Positions 1 to 9,647 of a stretch of 64,000 nucleotides of DNA are shown here, in pieces. Where the stretch lies: the NCBI GenBank assembly GCA_041737965.1, contig JBGSQT010000021.1:2959-66958 (forward strand). Reading direction: 5' to 3'. Every line of letters begins with the position of its first letter. Within the stretch, counting starts at the first letter, position 1. Made by a program: the position numbers and the translations under genes. The DNA is from Spirochaetota bacterium (GTDB lineage Bacteria; Spirochaetota; UBA4802; UBA5550). A model generated the notes under the pieces. It was not told the DNA's origin and ran no database searches. It saw only the letters and a list, made by a program, of their open reading frames with translations.

Positions 1-1181
1 GCGGAATCGTCCGCGAGCACCGAACTATCGCCCCCCTGTTCGGACCGTATCTCAACCACCTGCGGTCCCGCCGAGCGCTTGCCGTTGGTGAAAAAGCGGT
101 ACCGATAGACCCGGTCCAGCGGATTGTCGTACAGATCGGCGATCGATTTCGACAGGGTGAGCAGATAATGTTCGTCGCTTTTCAGCGGCTCCCGGAATCT
201 GACGGTCACCCGGTCCGGCGGGCTTCCGGGAATCAGATAAAAGTCGGCGCCGTTGGAGATCGTAATCGCCCCCTGAAGATTGCCCGATTTTACGTTTTCA
301 CTGAACTGCACGATAATGTCGCAGTCCTTTTCCACAAGCATGGTTTCGGCCGCGCCGGTGGGGTCGGCAAGGGTCACGGACCCTCCGTCTTCGGGATCTG
401 GCTGGGCTGCCCAGAGCACCGCGGGAGGCTGGAAGTCGTTCCCCACCGTGAAGTTGAAGAAACACTCCTCCCTTACGGCGTTTCCGCCCGGGTCCTTTGC
501 CGCAGTAAAAACTGTCACCGAATACGTGGTGCCGTAGGGGAGGGGATAGGTGGGATCGAACAGCGCGGCGGTTACCATCCGGTTCTGTACTGCGTCGAAG
601 CGTTCCTCAAAGCGGATGATTCCCGCCACCGATGGTGATATGGAAAATCCCCGGTGGATGCTGTCGTAGTCCATCGGTTCCGAGAAAATTATCTCGATAT
701 TCTGATGCGGGTCCGCGATAAAGGCGTTGTGCGCCGGCGTGTGACGGACGACCTCCGGCGGCGTGATGTCCGAGCCGACATAAAATACCGACGAATAGGG
801 CCCGGCCAGGTCGTTTCCCGCGGTGTCTTCAGCCGCGGCGGTGATCATTACGGTGTATATCCGGCCGCCGGTGAGCCCGCCGCCCGTGGGATGAAAAGTC
901 ATGATCCTGTTTCCCGGGTCCCAGGTGAAATACCCTTTCACCCTTCCGCCGGAGGAGGAGAGCGTGAACTCGTTTTCTGTCTTGATCCGGTCCATCTCCC
1001 TGCTGAAATAGACCGTGACCGCGGCGTCCTCTCCCACGTTTTCCTCCCGGTTCGCGGGGATCGACCCCATGACTGCGGGCTGGGAAAAATCGAAATTGAA
1101 TGTCCCGAGAAAATTGTCCACCTCGCAGGAGGTCAGCAGCAGTAAAAATGATGCGAATAAGGGCCTGATAACGCGTCTCAT
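1..1181 (-). CDS. Ig-like (SbsA/Big_5-type) domain lipoprotein, C-terminus beyond window edge
   Basis: Absent from the ORF track because it runs off the left edge. Reverse complement from ATG at 1181-1179 reads MRRVIRPLFASFLLLLTSCEVDNFLGTFNFDFSQPAVMGSIPANREENVGEDAAVTVYFSREMDRIKTENEFTLSSSGGRVKGYFTWDPGNRIM... Lipobox L-T-S-C. More than 100 codons hand-translated without a stop. Its ATG overlaps the stop of 1178..2956 (ATGA). Same module style as that upstream paralogue. Confidence 0.7.
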   Translation of the reverse strand, partial: MRRVIRPLFASFLLLLTSCEVDNFLGTFNFDFSQPAVMGSIPANREENVGEDAAVTVYFSREMDRIKTENEFTLSSSGGRVKGYFTWDPGNRIMTFHPTGGGLTGGRIYTVMITAAAEDTAGNDLAGPYSSVFYVGSDITPPEVVRHTPAHNAFIADPHQNIEIIFSEPMDYDSIHRGFSISPSVAGIIRFEERFDAVQNRMVTAALFDPTYPLPYGTTYSVTVFTAAKDPGGNAVREECFFNFTVGNDFQPPAVLWAAQPDPEDGGSVTLADPTGAAETMLVEKDCDIIVQFSENVKSGNLQGAITISNGADFYLIPGSPPDRVTVRFREPLKSDEHYLLTLSKSIADLYDNPLDRVYRYRFFTNGKRSAGPQVVEIRSEQGGDSSVLADDS

Positions 1182-2956
1182 GGCAGTTTCTCCTTGAACT
1201 CAAACGAGAATTTATTTTCCATCGTGTTCCCCGGCGAGTCCCTGATGCCGCCGTTCCCCCCACAAAGGGAGAACCGGTAGAGTACCGGAATCGGCTCGCC
1301 GTGCAGAAGGCCGGCGATGCATATCCTGCCGACGCCGGCGGAAACCCAGTCTATATCGATCACTCTCGGCGCCGTATACGGATCGTAATCTTCCACCAGG
1401 TAATTTTCAAGCAGTGACGTTTTGTTCATTGAAACCTCCGCCCCGCCGACTTCCCTGATGAATTGGACCATGAAGCAATACCTGAAACCGTTTCCGTCAC
1501 CGGTATCGACGTAGTGGTCAATCGTCACAGGCCACGGGATCGCGTTTCCGGAAAAGAGAAGGTTTGCCGCGTCATCCGGCAGCGCGTCCCTGTCGCCCGA
1601 CCCCCATACCTTCCCGACGGTGATGTGTGTGGATTCGATCGCGGTCGTCCGGACGATCACCGAATAAGGCTCCGGGAGGCGCAGTGAATGGATGTCCTTC
1701 GCACCCGTGTCAACGGCGATCCGGTACGCCTGTTCGGTCTGGAGCGGGTTTTCGATATGGTAGCGCATCACCCGGTCCGAAAGCCAGGTCACGTACCCGT
1801 CCGCGGAGGGGGTTATCGAAAAGGCCGATTCCACGCTCGCCTTGTCCATCGGCTCGCTGAAACAGGTGTACACCGTGCTCATGGTGCGGGCGATGCTGTT
1901 TTCAATCCCTGATTCCGGCGTGTACCAGAAGGGGTCCGCGATGCCGCCGGTTTCGTTTATTCCCAGGACAGACGGCGGCTCCGAATCATCCCCTGCGATG
2001 AGGATGAGCGTGAAATCCCGCGCCATGGGATTCCCTGCCGGGTCCTCGGCAGCGGACCCGACGGTGACCGTATAGGTCTTTCCGTATTCCAGCCTGGCGG
2101 AGGTGAACCGGTAGGTGAGGATTGTGCCGTCCGGTGACCACTGGAAAATGCCGGACACGTAGGGTGAGATGGAAAAGGCGGCCTGGGTTTTTTCCCGGCC
2201 CATGGCCCTGGTGAACGTGAAGGTGATCTCCGAAAGCGTTGACGGATCGGTCACCGCGCCGCCGTTCACGTGCGCCGGAACGGATGACGCCACGCCCGGA
2301 TTCGCGGCATGGTCACCCACGTAGAAATCCGACAGAAAGGCGGCGGAGAGCTTCCTGCCGTCGCGGCTCCTGACGCTCGCCGGAATCTCGACGGAATACC
2401 GCTCCGCCATCTTCAGCTGGTACCGGGGGACGAACCTGAACGCGCTTCTGCCGATCCATGAAAAGCTTCCCTCCACCTTTCCCGATGCGCCGGAAAGGGA
2501 AAAGCCGCGTTCCACATCGGGTGCGCTCGCGTCCGTATTAAAGAAGACTTCAACCGCAGTGTCAGGATCGACCCCGGTCTGGCCCGCCATGGGGACGCAC
2601 TGTGCGACATCGAAGTCGTCGAAGTTGAAAAGCTGCGAACCCTCTCCGCCGCATCCGCCGCTTATAAAGACCGCCGCAATAATCGCAGCCAGCCGCGAAA
2701 CGAGGGGAGCCGCCTTTTTCCGGAATCCGTCATTCCCGCGAGGCGCACCGTCATCCCCGCGAGACGCACCGTCATCTCCGCGAGACGCACCGTCATTCCC
2801 GCTGCTGTCACCGTCATTCCCGCGAAAGCGGGAATCCACTTCAGGAAATCTGTCGACATTCCCGCGAAAGCGGATTCTCCCGGCAGGCCGGGACTTCGCT
2901 CCGGCCTGAATGACAGTATGGGAAATGATCGAATCGCGATAAGATTCTTGTTTCAT
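1178..2956 (-). CDS. Ig-like (SbsA/Big_5-type) repeat lipoprotein with REP-derived N-terminal extension
   Basis: 592-aa ORF. Repeated modules of the SbsA-Ig type (PMAGQTGVDPDTAVEVFFNTD.., ..ITFTFTRAMGREKTQAAFSISP.., ..CFSEPMDKASVESAFSITP). Signal-peptide-like RKKAAPLVSRLAAIIAAVFISGGC with Cys at residue ~102. Residues ~25-78 are translated REP-like repeats (RFRGNDG, SRGDDGA). No in-frame ATG/GTG/TTG closer to the lipobox, so the start is uncertain. Confidence 0.75.
   Translation of the reverse strand: MKQESYRDSIISHTVIQAGAKSRPAGRIRFRGNVDRFPEVDSRFRGNDGDSSGNDGASRGDDGASRGDDGAPRGNDGFRKKAAPLVSRLAAIIAAVFISGGCGGEGSQLFNFDDFDVAQCVPMAGQTGVDPDTAVEVFFNTDASAPDVERGFSLSGASGKVEGSFSWIGRSAFRFVPRYQLKMAERYSVEIPASVRSRDGRKLSAAFLSDFYVGDHAANPGVASSVPAHVNGGAVTDPSTLSEITFTFTRAMGREKTQAAFSISPYVSGIFQWSPDGTILTYRFTSARLEYGKTYTVTVGSAAEDPAGNPMARDFTLILIAGDDSEPPSVLGINETGGIADPFWYTPESGIENSIARTMSTVYTCFSEPMDKASVESAFSITPSADGYVTWLSDRVMRYHIENPLQTEQAYRIAVDTGAKDIHSLRLPEPYSVIVRTTAIESTHITVGKVWGSGDRDALPDDAANLLFSGNAIPWPVTIDHYVDTGDGNGFRYCFMVQFIREVGGAEVSMNKTSLLENYLVEDYDPYTAPRVIDIDWVSAGVGRICIAGLLHGEPIPVLYRFSLCGGNGGIRDSPGNTMENKFSFEFKEKLP
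2728..2878. repeat. REP-like palindromic element cluster: 4 tandem 21-bp units + full palindrome + degenerate copy
   Basis: 21-bp units cgtcatYYccgcgagRcgcac at 2728-2748, 2749-2769, 2770-2790 and 2791-2811. Palindrome cGTCATTCCCGCgaaaGCGGGAATcc at 2812-2837. Degenerate cattcccgcgaaagcggattc at 2856-2878. All lie inside the 5' part of ORF 1178..2956. Confidence 0.9.
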
Positions 2957-3039
2957 AACGGTACTTCTCCTATGAAAATATTTTCCTTCCGGTATAACTT
3001 ATCTGCAGCACCTGCGGGGGTACAGCGGCGGCGATGCCG

Positions 3040-6000
3040 TCAAGTATGCGAGGGATCGAACGCTGATCCATGGCGTTCCTCCGTTTGTGTGTGCCTGAGT
3101 TTGTAGCCGAACAGATACGAAGAGATCACCGGAATCACCAACAGGGTGAGGGCCGTGGACACGGCGAGGCCGCTGATCACCGTGGCCGCCAGGGGGCGCC
3201 ACAGGTTTGACCCGTCGCCGCCGGAAAGCAGCATCGGGAGCATGCCGAGGACGGTGGTGATTTTGGTGATGATGACCGGCCGCACCCGTGAAACGCACAC
3301 CTCCTTTATCGCGCCGTCCAGGGAGACGCGCGTCACCGCGCCGTCGAGATATTTCGCGTTCAGCGCGTCCACCAGCAGTATTCCGTTGTTCACCGCAATT
3401 CCGGTGAGGGTGATGACGCCGATGTACACCGCGATGTTCAGGGTGGATGCGGTCACGAAAAGTGCCACGATCACGCCGATGAGCGCCATCGGGACCGTGG
3501 TGAGGATCACCAGGGGGAGGTCCAGGGACTCGAACTGCGACGCCAGCAGCATGTAGACCAGCAGCACCGCCAGGAGCACGGCCGCGGTGACCGCCTTCCT
3601 GTTTTTCCTCATCCGCTCCAGGCTTCTGTCCATCTCGAAGGCGTACTCCGGAGAAAAGCTGACCGTTCCGAGCGCTTCCGCTATTCTTTCAGCAGCCTCG
3701 TCGTACGCCAGGTCGCCGATCCCTGCGGTGATGGTGACGCTTCTGCGGCCGTTCCGCCTCCACACCCGCGTTTCCGCCTCCTTCTCCCTCAGCGTCACCA
3801 GCGCGCTCACCGGTATTGCGTTGCCTTCGCCGTTCCGGACAGTGTAGTTCATAACGTCGGCGATGTCGTCCCTGTGGCGCTTTTCGTAGCGCACCCGCAC
3901 GTCAATCTCCCGGTCCGTGTCGATGAACTTGGTGATCACCGGACCGTAGAGGGCGGAGCGGAAAAACTCGATGATGTCGGACACCGTTACCCCTGTGGCG
4001 GAGGCCCGCTCCCGGTCCACCAGGAGGGAATATTCCGGCCTCCCTTCCCTGAACCGCAGCACGCACTCCTCGATACCCGGCACCTGCCGGATTTTCCCTG
4101 CGGCGTCCCTGGCGAGGTTCCGGAGCACGCCGTTCTCGTCTCCCAGAAAGTGTATGTCCAGCTCCCGGGAGGCGATCTCGTTTGCATCCGAAATATAGGC
4201 GAAACCGCCGTCCTGCCGGATAAGGCCGTTCAGCTCGTCCCGGATCCTGCCTTTGATTTTCCTCTGTTCACTGAGCGAGGCGATGCCTTCGTCGAAGGTT
4301 ATTGCGACCGTGCCGCGCCATTTTTCCACCCTGGTGGTGATTGTCTCTGCGATCCCCATCTTCCGGAGAACCGCCTCCGCTTTTCTCACCGAAGCGTCCG
4401 TGGCTTTGAGGGTGGTGCCGGTGGGGTATTCCATGTACACGTAAAACTCGCGGCCGGCTGACGGGTCCACCACCTCGCTTTTCAGGAAGAAGGAGAGGAT
4501 CACCGCGACCGCCGCCGCGCCTGCCGTGTACAGAATGACGCGGCCCCTGTTGCGGAAAGAGAGGTCCAGCGCCCGTTCATAGAAGCGTAGGAAATTATTT
4601 TCTCCCCGGTCGATCGTCCCTGCTATTTTTGCCAATAGACCGTCATCCCCGCGAGGCGCACTGTCATTCCCGCGAAGGCGGGCCGCGCGTTTTTTCGTCA
4701 TCCTGTCGGCGCTCGGCATTTGGCCATCCTGACCAGCAGAATCTACTTTATGAAATCCATCGAATTTCCCGTAGCAGCTCCCCCCGTCAGGCAGGGGCGT
4801 CGCTTTCCCGGTTTTAGCCGGGAGAATGAGAGTGCTTGAGTAGTCATTCCCGTAGTGGATTCCCGCCTGCGCGGGAATGACGGAAACGAGGGAACGTTTC
4901 GCCTGCGCGGGAATGACGGAAACGAGGGAACGTCCCGCCTGCGCGGGTACGGCCTTTTCGGTTGTCCTGACCGCTCTTGACACGCCGACATCGTGCCGGC
5001 AGGAATGACGGAATATGATGCTGAAAAGGTACCGATACATCATCTGAAGCTTATCCGCGATAATCCCGGGGATGCGCTTCTCCGGGAAGGCCGTCGTGCC
5101 CGTAACCCCTGCCGATAAGAGCACCGGTATGAGCACGACGGACACGAACATCGACGCCAGGAGCGCGGCGGAGACGGTGAAGGCCAGGTCGCCGTAGGTG
5201 CGCCGAGTCTCCGCGTTGCCGAAGACTACGGGGAGGAACACGATCACCGTGGCCAGGGTTGAGGCCACGATGGCGCTTCGCACCGAAAGGACGGACCGGT
5301 GGATGGTGTCGTCGGTGATCGCGCTGTTCTGGAACACCGATTCCGCGATGATGATTCCGTTGTCCACCACCATGCCGGCACCTAGCGCGAGCCCCGAAAG
5401 GCTCATCACGTTAATGTCGATTTTCCCGAAATACATCATGGCGAATACTGCCGAAAGAGAGAAGGGAATCGACAGGCTGATGGCCAGCACCGGCACCGTT
5501 TTTCGGATAAAGAGCGCCAGGACGATGATTACGATGACCACCCCCCAGACGCCCGCCTCTGCCACGGTGCGTACCGCGCGGCGTATGTAATCACCCTGAT
5601 TGTAGAGGATCCTTCCGCGCAATTGCGGGTTTTTCAAGATAACGTCCGCCGCCTGGCTGCACACCGAAAGGGCGTTGGAGTCCGCCGACCGGTGCACGTA
5701 CAGCGTGATCCGCTCCGCGCCGTTCAGCCGGCTGATTTCGTCCGCCTCCCTGAATGAGTAGCCCACCGAGGCCACGTCTCCCAGCCTGACCAGGGAACCA
5801 CGGTTCGCGGTCATCAGCGCCGCCCCGGCGATCTCCGAAGGGGAGCGGAAGCGCGACGAGGTGTTCACCATGTACTCGGTCCCACCGGATTCCAGGACCC
5901 CGCCCGGAAGGGAGACGTTCCCGTCCCGCACCGCGGATGCGACGGTGCCGAAGCTGATTTCACGCGACTCGAAGCGGTCGCGGTTCACGTCAACGTGTAT

Positions 6001-6540
6001 CTCCCTGAGCATGCCGCCGGCCACGTAAATCTCCGACACGCCGTCGATCCGCCGCAGCATCGGCTTCAGCGTCCGCTCCGCGATCTCCCGGACCTCCGCG
6101 GGCGAGGCGCCCTTCTTCTCGACCGTGGCGATGATCACCGGACGGTCCGACGGGTCGTAGCGCACCACCACCGGCTCCTGCACCTCCCGGGGGAAGCTCC
6201 GCCGGATGAGGGATATCCGTTCGCGCACTTTCAGCGCCGACAGCCGCATGTCGGAGTCAATCGTGAAGGTGATGTTGATGCGCGATTTCCCCTCCTCGGA
6301 CACTGAGTCAATCGATTCGATCCCCTCCACCATCTTCACGATTTTTTCAACCGGTCTGGTGATAATCCGCTCGACGGTGTCGGGCGATACGCCCGGGTAC
6401 TCGACAATCACCGAAATCCCCGGCGACTGCGCCTGCGGCATCAGCGAGACGGCGAGTCGGTCGCAGCTTATGGCGCCGATCACGGCGATGGAGGCGCAGA
6501 GCATGTAGGCGCTGATCCTGTTCTCGAGGAAGTATTTCAC
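3040..6540 (-). CDS. RND efflux permease (AcrB/HAE1-like) carrying a ~130-aa repeat-derived insertion in the TM6-TM7 linker
   Basis: 1166-aa ORF with a 12-TM/two-large-loop RND layout. Conserved RND blocks SLSGLALGAGMVVDNGIIIAESV and TLTGIAVNNGILLVDAL. Start overlaps the stop of the upstream RND gene (6537-6540). About 130 aa longer than its 1036-aa neighbour, and the excess maps to 4.6-5.0 kb. Confidence 0.9.
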   Translation of the reverse strand: MKYFLENRISAYMLCASIAVIGAISCDRLAVSLMPQAQSPGISVIVEYPGVSPDTVERIITRPVEKIVKMVEGIESIDSVSEEGKSRINITFTIDSDMRLSALKVRERISLIRRSFPREVQEPVVVRYDPSDRPVIIATVEKKGASPAEVREIAERTLKPMLRRIDGVSEIYVAGGMLREIHVDVNRDRFESREISFGTVASAVRDGNVSLPGGVLESGGTEYMVNTSSRFRSPSEIAGAALMTANRGSLVRLGDVASVGYSFREADEISRLNGAERITLYVHRSADSNALSVCSQAADVILKNPQLRGRILYNQGDYIRRAVRTVAEAGVWGVVIVIIVLALFIRKTVPVLAISLSIPFSLSAVFAMMYFGKIDINVMSLSGLALGAGMVVDNGIIIAESVFQNSAITDDTIHRSVLSVRSAIVASTLATVIVFLPVVFGNAETRRTYGDLAFTVSAALLASMFVSVVLIPVLLSAGVTGTTAFPEKRIPGIIADKLQMMYRYLFSIIFRHSCRHDVGVSRAVRTTEKAVPAQAGRSLVSVIPAQAKRSLVSVIPAQAGIHYGNDYSSTLILPAKTGKATPLPDGGSCYGKFDGFHKVDSAGQDGQMPSADRMTKKRAARLRGNDSAPRGDDGLLAKIAGTIDRGENNFLRFYERALDLSFRNRGRVILYTAGAAAVAVILSFFLKSEVVDPSAGREFYVYMEYPTGTTLKATDASVRKAEAVLRKMGIAETITTRVEKWRGTVAITFDEGIASLSEQRKIKGRIRDELNGLIRQDGGFAYISDANEIASRELDIHFLGDENGVLRNLARDAAGKIRQVPGIEECVLRFREGRPEYSLLVDRERASATGVTVSDIIEFFRSALYGPVITKFIDTDREIDVRVRYEKRHRDDIADVMNYTVRNGEGNAIPVSALVTLREKEAETRVWRRNGRRSVTITAGIGDLAYDEAAERIAEALGTVSFSPEYAFEMDRSLERMRKNRKAVTAAVLLAVLLVYMLLASQFESLDLPLVILTTVPMALIGVIVALFVTASTLNIAVYIGVITLTGIAVNNGILLVDALNAKYLDGAVTRVSLDGAIKEVCVSRVRPVIITKITTVLGMLPMLLSGGDGSNLWRPLAATVISGLAVSTALTLLVIPVISSYLFGYKLRHTQTEERHGSAFDPSHT
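4641..4947. repeat. REP-like elements inside RND gene (21-bp units, palindrome, 36-bp tandem units)
   Basis: cgtcatccccgcgaggcgcac (4641-4661) and tgtcattcccgcgaaggcggg (4662-4682) match the units at 2728-2837. gtcattcccgtagtggATTCCCGCctgcGCGGGAATgac at 4843-4881. 36-bp unit cgcctgcgcgggaatgacggaaacgagggaacgtNN at 4864-4899 and 4900-4935, with a partial copy at 4936-4947. Translated in frame as VSVIPAQAKRSL / VIPAQAGIH. Confidence 0.9.
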
Positions 6541-9500
6541 TTTTTCCTCCCCCTGTCACGGAAGGTCACGGCGAACACCGTGGGGATGAACACCAGCGTG
6601 AGGAACGTGGAGACCGTGATGCCGCCGAGCACTGTTATCGCCATCGGCTGCTGCAGCTCGGTCCCCTCGCCGATACCGACCGCCACCGGAAGGAGCGCGC
6701 ACACGCTCACCAGGGTGGTCATGAGAATGGGTTTCAGCCTGCGCCTGCCGGCGCTCACGATCGAATCGCGGACCGAAAGCCCCCGGCCGAGCTCCAGCAT
6801 GATGTAGTCGAAGAGCACGATGGCGTTGTTCACCACGATCCCGGCAACCAGCACGATGCCTATGCCGGAATTGATGTTCAGCGATTTTCCGGAGAGGAGA
6901 AGCGCCCCTGATACGCCGAGCGACGCCACCGGAATGGAGAGCATCACGATGAGCGGGCTCGTAAAGCTCTGGAACTGCGCGGCCAGCACCATGTAAATGA
7001 GGACGATGGCAAGTATCAGTGCGAAGCGCATCTCGCCGAGCACTTTTACCGCTTCGTCCAGTTCGCCGATGAGCCTCACTTCGTACCCTTCCGGCAGACG
7101 AAGCCGCGAAACTGCTGCCCGCACGCCGTTGATGACGCCGCTGTCGTCTCCGGTCACGTCCGCGGTCACCACGTTCACCCTGCTCTGCTCGGAGCGGATG
7201 ATTCTGCCAGTGCCGGTACCCTCGGTGACCGCCGCGAACTGCGACACCGGTACCACCGCGCCCGATTCCGACTTCACCATGATCCGGCAGAGCGACTCCC
7301 TGCCGTCGCGGTCCGCCTTCCGCAGACGCACGCGCATGTCGATCTCCTCGTCCCGGTCCCGGAAACGGGTCACCACCTCGCCGTGGAGCGCCGCCTTGAT
7401 GGTGGCCGCGAGGTGAAACACCGGCACGCCAAGCGAGGCGAGGCGGTTACGGTCGATTTCGATCTTAAGCTCCGGATCGCCCCGGTCGAAGAGGGAGGAT
7501 GCGTTGGTTGCGCCCGGGACCGTCCCGATGGCGCGTTTCACCGCGTCGCCGACGGATTTCAGCATCGAAAACTCGCTTCCGTACACCTCAAGGTGCACCG
7601 GCTTGCGCCTCCTGGCCACCACAGACTCGATGACGCTCTCCTTCAGTATGACGTCAGCCGTGACCCGGTCGCCGAAGGGGACGTCCTTCCTGAATCGCCG
7701 GATTATCTCGTCGACGCGGGGCCGGTGCCCTTTTGACAGGAGCACTTTTACCAGCACGCTGTTGGCGCGCCTGCCGGACGTCCGCTCAGTGACGCTCTCC
7801 TCCGGGTCGGACCCGATCCTGGCGAAGACCGCGCGCACGTAGGATCTTGTCCGGAAATAGCCCTCCACCCGCGCGCTCAAAGCCGCGGTCTCCTCCAGCG
7901 TGGTCCCCTGCGGCAGCGTGAGGTCCACGGTGAACTCCCCCGGATCCACCCGGGGCATGAGCTCGGCCCGTACCAGCGGAAAGAGCGCAAGCCCCAGCGC
8001 CATCACCGCGACGCCGCCGTACAGAACGTGTTTCTTCTTTGATAATGACGCCTCGATTACCCTGACGTAGAGCTCCTCGGTCCGGTGCATGATGCGGTCC
8101 GCCGTGTCGTGGATTCTCTTCTGGATGTGGGAACCTCCGGAAAGAAATTTCTTCAGCCGCTCCGGTATCGGCACATTTACCGTGGCCAGCATCGGAATGA
8201 GGGTAACGCTCCCCACGGTGGAGAAGATCTGGGTGAAGGTGATGGTGAGGGCCAGTTCGCCGAATAGCGCGCCGGACAGGCCGTTCAGGAACACGATGGG
8301 GAGGAACACCACCACCGAGGCGACGTTCGACGCGATGTTGGCGAGCATCACCTCGTTGGTGCCGTCAATCACCGGCCGTATCGGGTCCTTCCATTTCGTA
8401 TTTTTTTCGTTCCGCTTCAGGTTGATGGACTCCAGCACCACGATGCCGGAATCGGTCATCATGCCGATGGCGAGCGCCAGCCCGCCGAGCGACATGGTAT
8501 TCAGCGATATCCCCCTGAAATACATGAGCCCGAATGTGCCGAGGATCGATACGGGGATCGCCGTGGCGATGATCACCGGCGCGCGGAGCTCCCCGAGGAA
8601 GACGTAGAGCACCAGGAACGCGATGAGCCCCCCGATGACCGCTTCGGAAAACACGTTGTCCACCGAATTTTTTATGAACTCGGACTGGTCGTATACGGGG
8701 CGTATTTCGAAATCGTTCCGGTACTTGTCCCGGATGCGGATGAACTCCTCCTCGATGCGGCGGCATGTCTCCACCGTGTTTTTTCCCGGCTCCTTGCGGA
8801 TGTAGAGCGCCACCGCCTCGCCGCCGTCGCTGCGCACCAGGGACTTCCGGTCGCGGAAGGAGTCCGTCACCGTGCCCACCTGGCGCAGGTACACCGGAAC
8901 CCCCGCCTCGTTCCGACCCACTGCCACGCCGCGGATATCGTCCAGGGATTTAAACTCGCCCACGGCCCGCACCAGGTACTCGACGGTACCCCGCTCGATG
9001 TACCCCGCGGGAAAACTCTGGTTTTCCGCGGCCACGCGCTCCATCACCTCGGCCAGCGAGAGGGAATGTGAATAAATTTTGGCCACATCCAGGTCGATGT
9101 TGATCTGCCGCCGGTATCCGCCGCCTGCCTCCACGAGCGCCACCCCCTCGACCCGCTCCAGATAGGGGATTATCTCCCGCTCGATGCGCCGCCGCACCTG
9201 GCGGAAATCGCCATTTTTGTTTACAATGGAATAGATCATCACCGGTTCTGCCCGGGGATCGAACTTCACCACCATGGACAACTCCGCGTCCTGCGGAAGC
9301 TGTCCCCTGGCCAGGTCCACCTTCTCCTTTGTCTCCACCAGCGCCAGGTCCATGTTGGTGCCCCACTGAAAGGAGGCGGTCACCAGCGAGATTCCCTCAA
9401 GCGACTCCGACTGCACCGACACCACGCCGTTCACCGCGCTGACCGCCTCCTCGACGTGACGGGTCACCAGGGTCTCGATCTCCGAGGGGAGGGCGTTCTC

Positions 9501-9647
9501 GTAGGGGGTGATGACCGTGAGCTTCGGGAACTCGATGCTCGGAAGGAGCTGCACCGGCAGGCGGCCGAGGGAGATCACCCCGAGAAGGCATATCCCAAGG
9601 TATATCATTGCGGTGGTGACCCGCCGGCGTATGAGCTGTTCGATCAT
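6537..9647 (-). CDS. RND efflux permease (AcrB/HAE1-like), second paralogue of a tandem pair
   Basis: 1036-aa ORF. RND blocks SLGGLALAIGMMTDSGIVVLESI and GIVLVAGIVVNNAIVLFDYI. 4-nt overlaps with both neighbours (9644-9647, 6537-6540). Confidence 0.92.
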   Translation of the reverse strand: MIEQLIRRRVTTAMIYLGICLLGVISLGRLPVQLLPSIEFPKLTVITPYENALPSEIETLVTRHVEEAVSAVNGVVSVQSESLEGISLVTASFQWGTNMDLALVETKEKVDLARGQLPQDAELSMVVKFDPRAEPVMIYSIVNKNGDFRQVRRRIEREIIPYLERVEGVALVEAGGGYRRQINIDLDVAKIYSHSLSLAEVMERVAAENQSFPAGYIERGTVEYLVRAVGEFKSLDDIRGVAVGRNEAGVPVYLRQVGTVTDSFRDRKSLVRSDGGEAVALYIRKEPGKNTVETCRRIEEEFIRIRDKYRNDFEIRPVYDQSEFIKNSVDNVFSEAVIGGLIAFLVLYVFLGELRAPVIIATAIPVSILGTFGLMYFRGISLNTMSLGGLALAIGMMTDSGIVVLESINLKRNEKNTKWKDPIRPVIDGTNEVMLANIASNVASVVVFLPIVFLNGLSGALFGELALTITFTQIFSTVGSVTLIPMLATVNVPIPERLKKFLSGGSHIQKRIHDTADRIMHRTEELYVRVIEASLSKKKHVLYGGVAVMALGLALFPLVRAELMPRVDPGEFTVDLTLPQGTTLEETAALSARVEGYFRTRSYVRAVFARIGSDPEESVTERTSGRRANSVLVKVLLSKGHRPRVDEIIRRFRKDVPFGDRVTADVILKESVIESVVARRRKPVHLEVYGSEFSMLKSVGDAVKRAIGTVPGATNASSLFDRGDPELKIEIDRNRLASLGVPVFHLAATIKAALHGEVVTRFRDRDEEIDMRVRLRKADRDGRESLCRIMVKSESGAVVPVSQFAAVTEGTGTGRIIRSEQSRVNVVTADVTGDDSGVINGVRAAVSRLRLPEGYEVRLIGELDEAVKVLGEMRFALILAIVLIYMVLAAQFQSFTSPLIVMLSIPVASLGVSGALLLSGKSLNINSGIGIVLVAGIVVNNAIVLFDYIMLELGRGLSVRDSIVSAGRRRLKPILMTTLVSVCALLPVAVGIGEGTELQQPMAITVLGGITVSTFLTLVFIPTVFAVTFRDRGRKK

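Noticed and set aside
168-1263. Track ORFs 168..638, 280..537, 654..1145, 829..1263, 1015..1197
   Set aside because: All overlap the unlisted edge-truncated minus-strand lipoprotein gene (1..1181), whose translation shows a lipobox and Ig-like modules. These ORFs are Arg/Gly/Pro-rich.
2728-4947. Tandem 21-bp and 36-bp repeats considered as possible CRISPR arrays
   Set aside because: Units are contiguous with no unique spacers and only 2-4 copies. They lie inside ORFs and belong to a palindromic REP-like family. No cas genes are present in the window.
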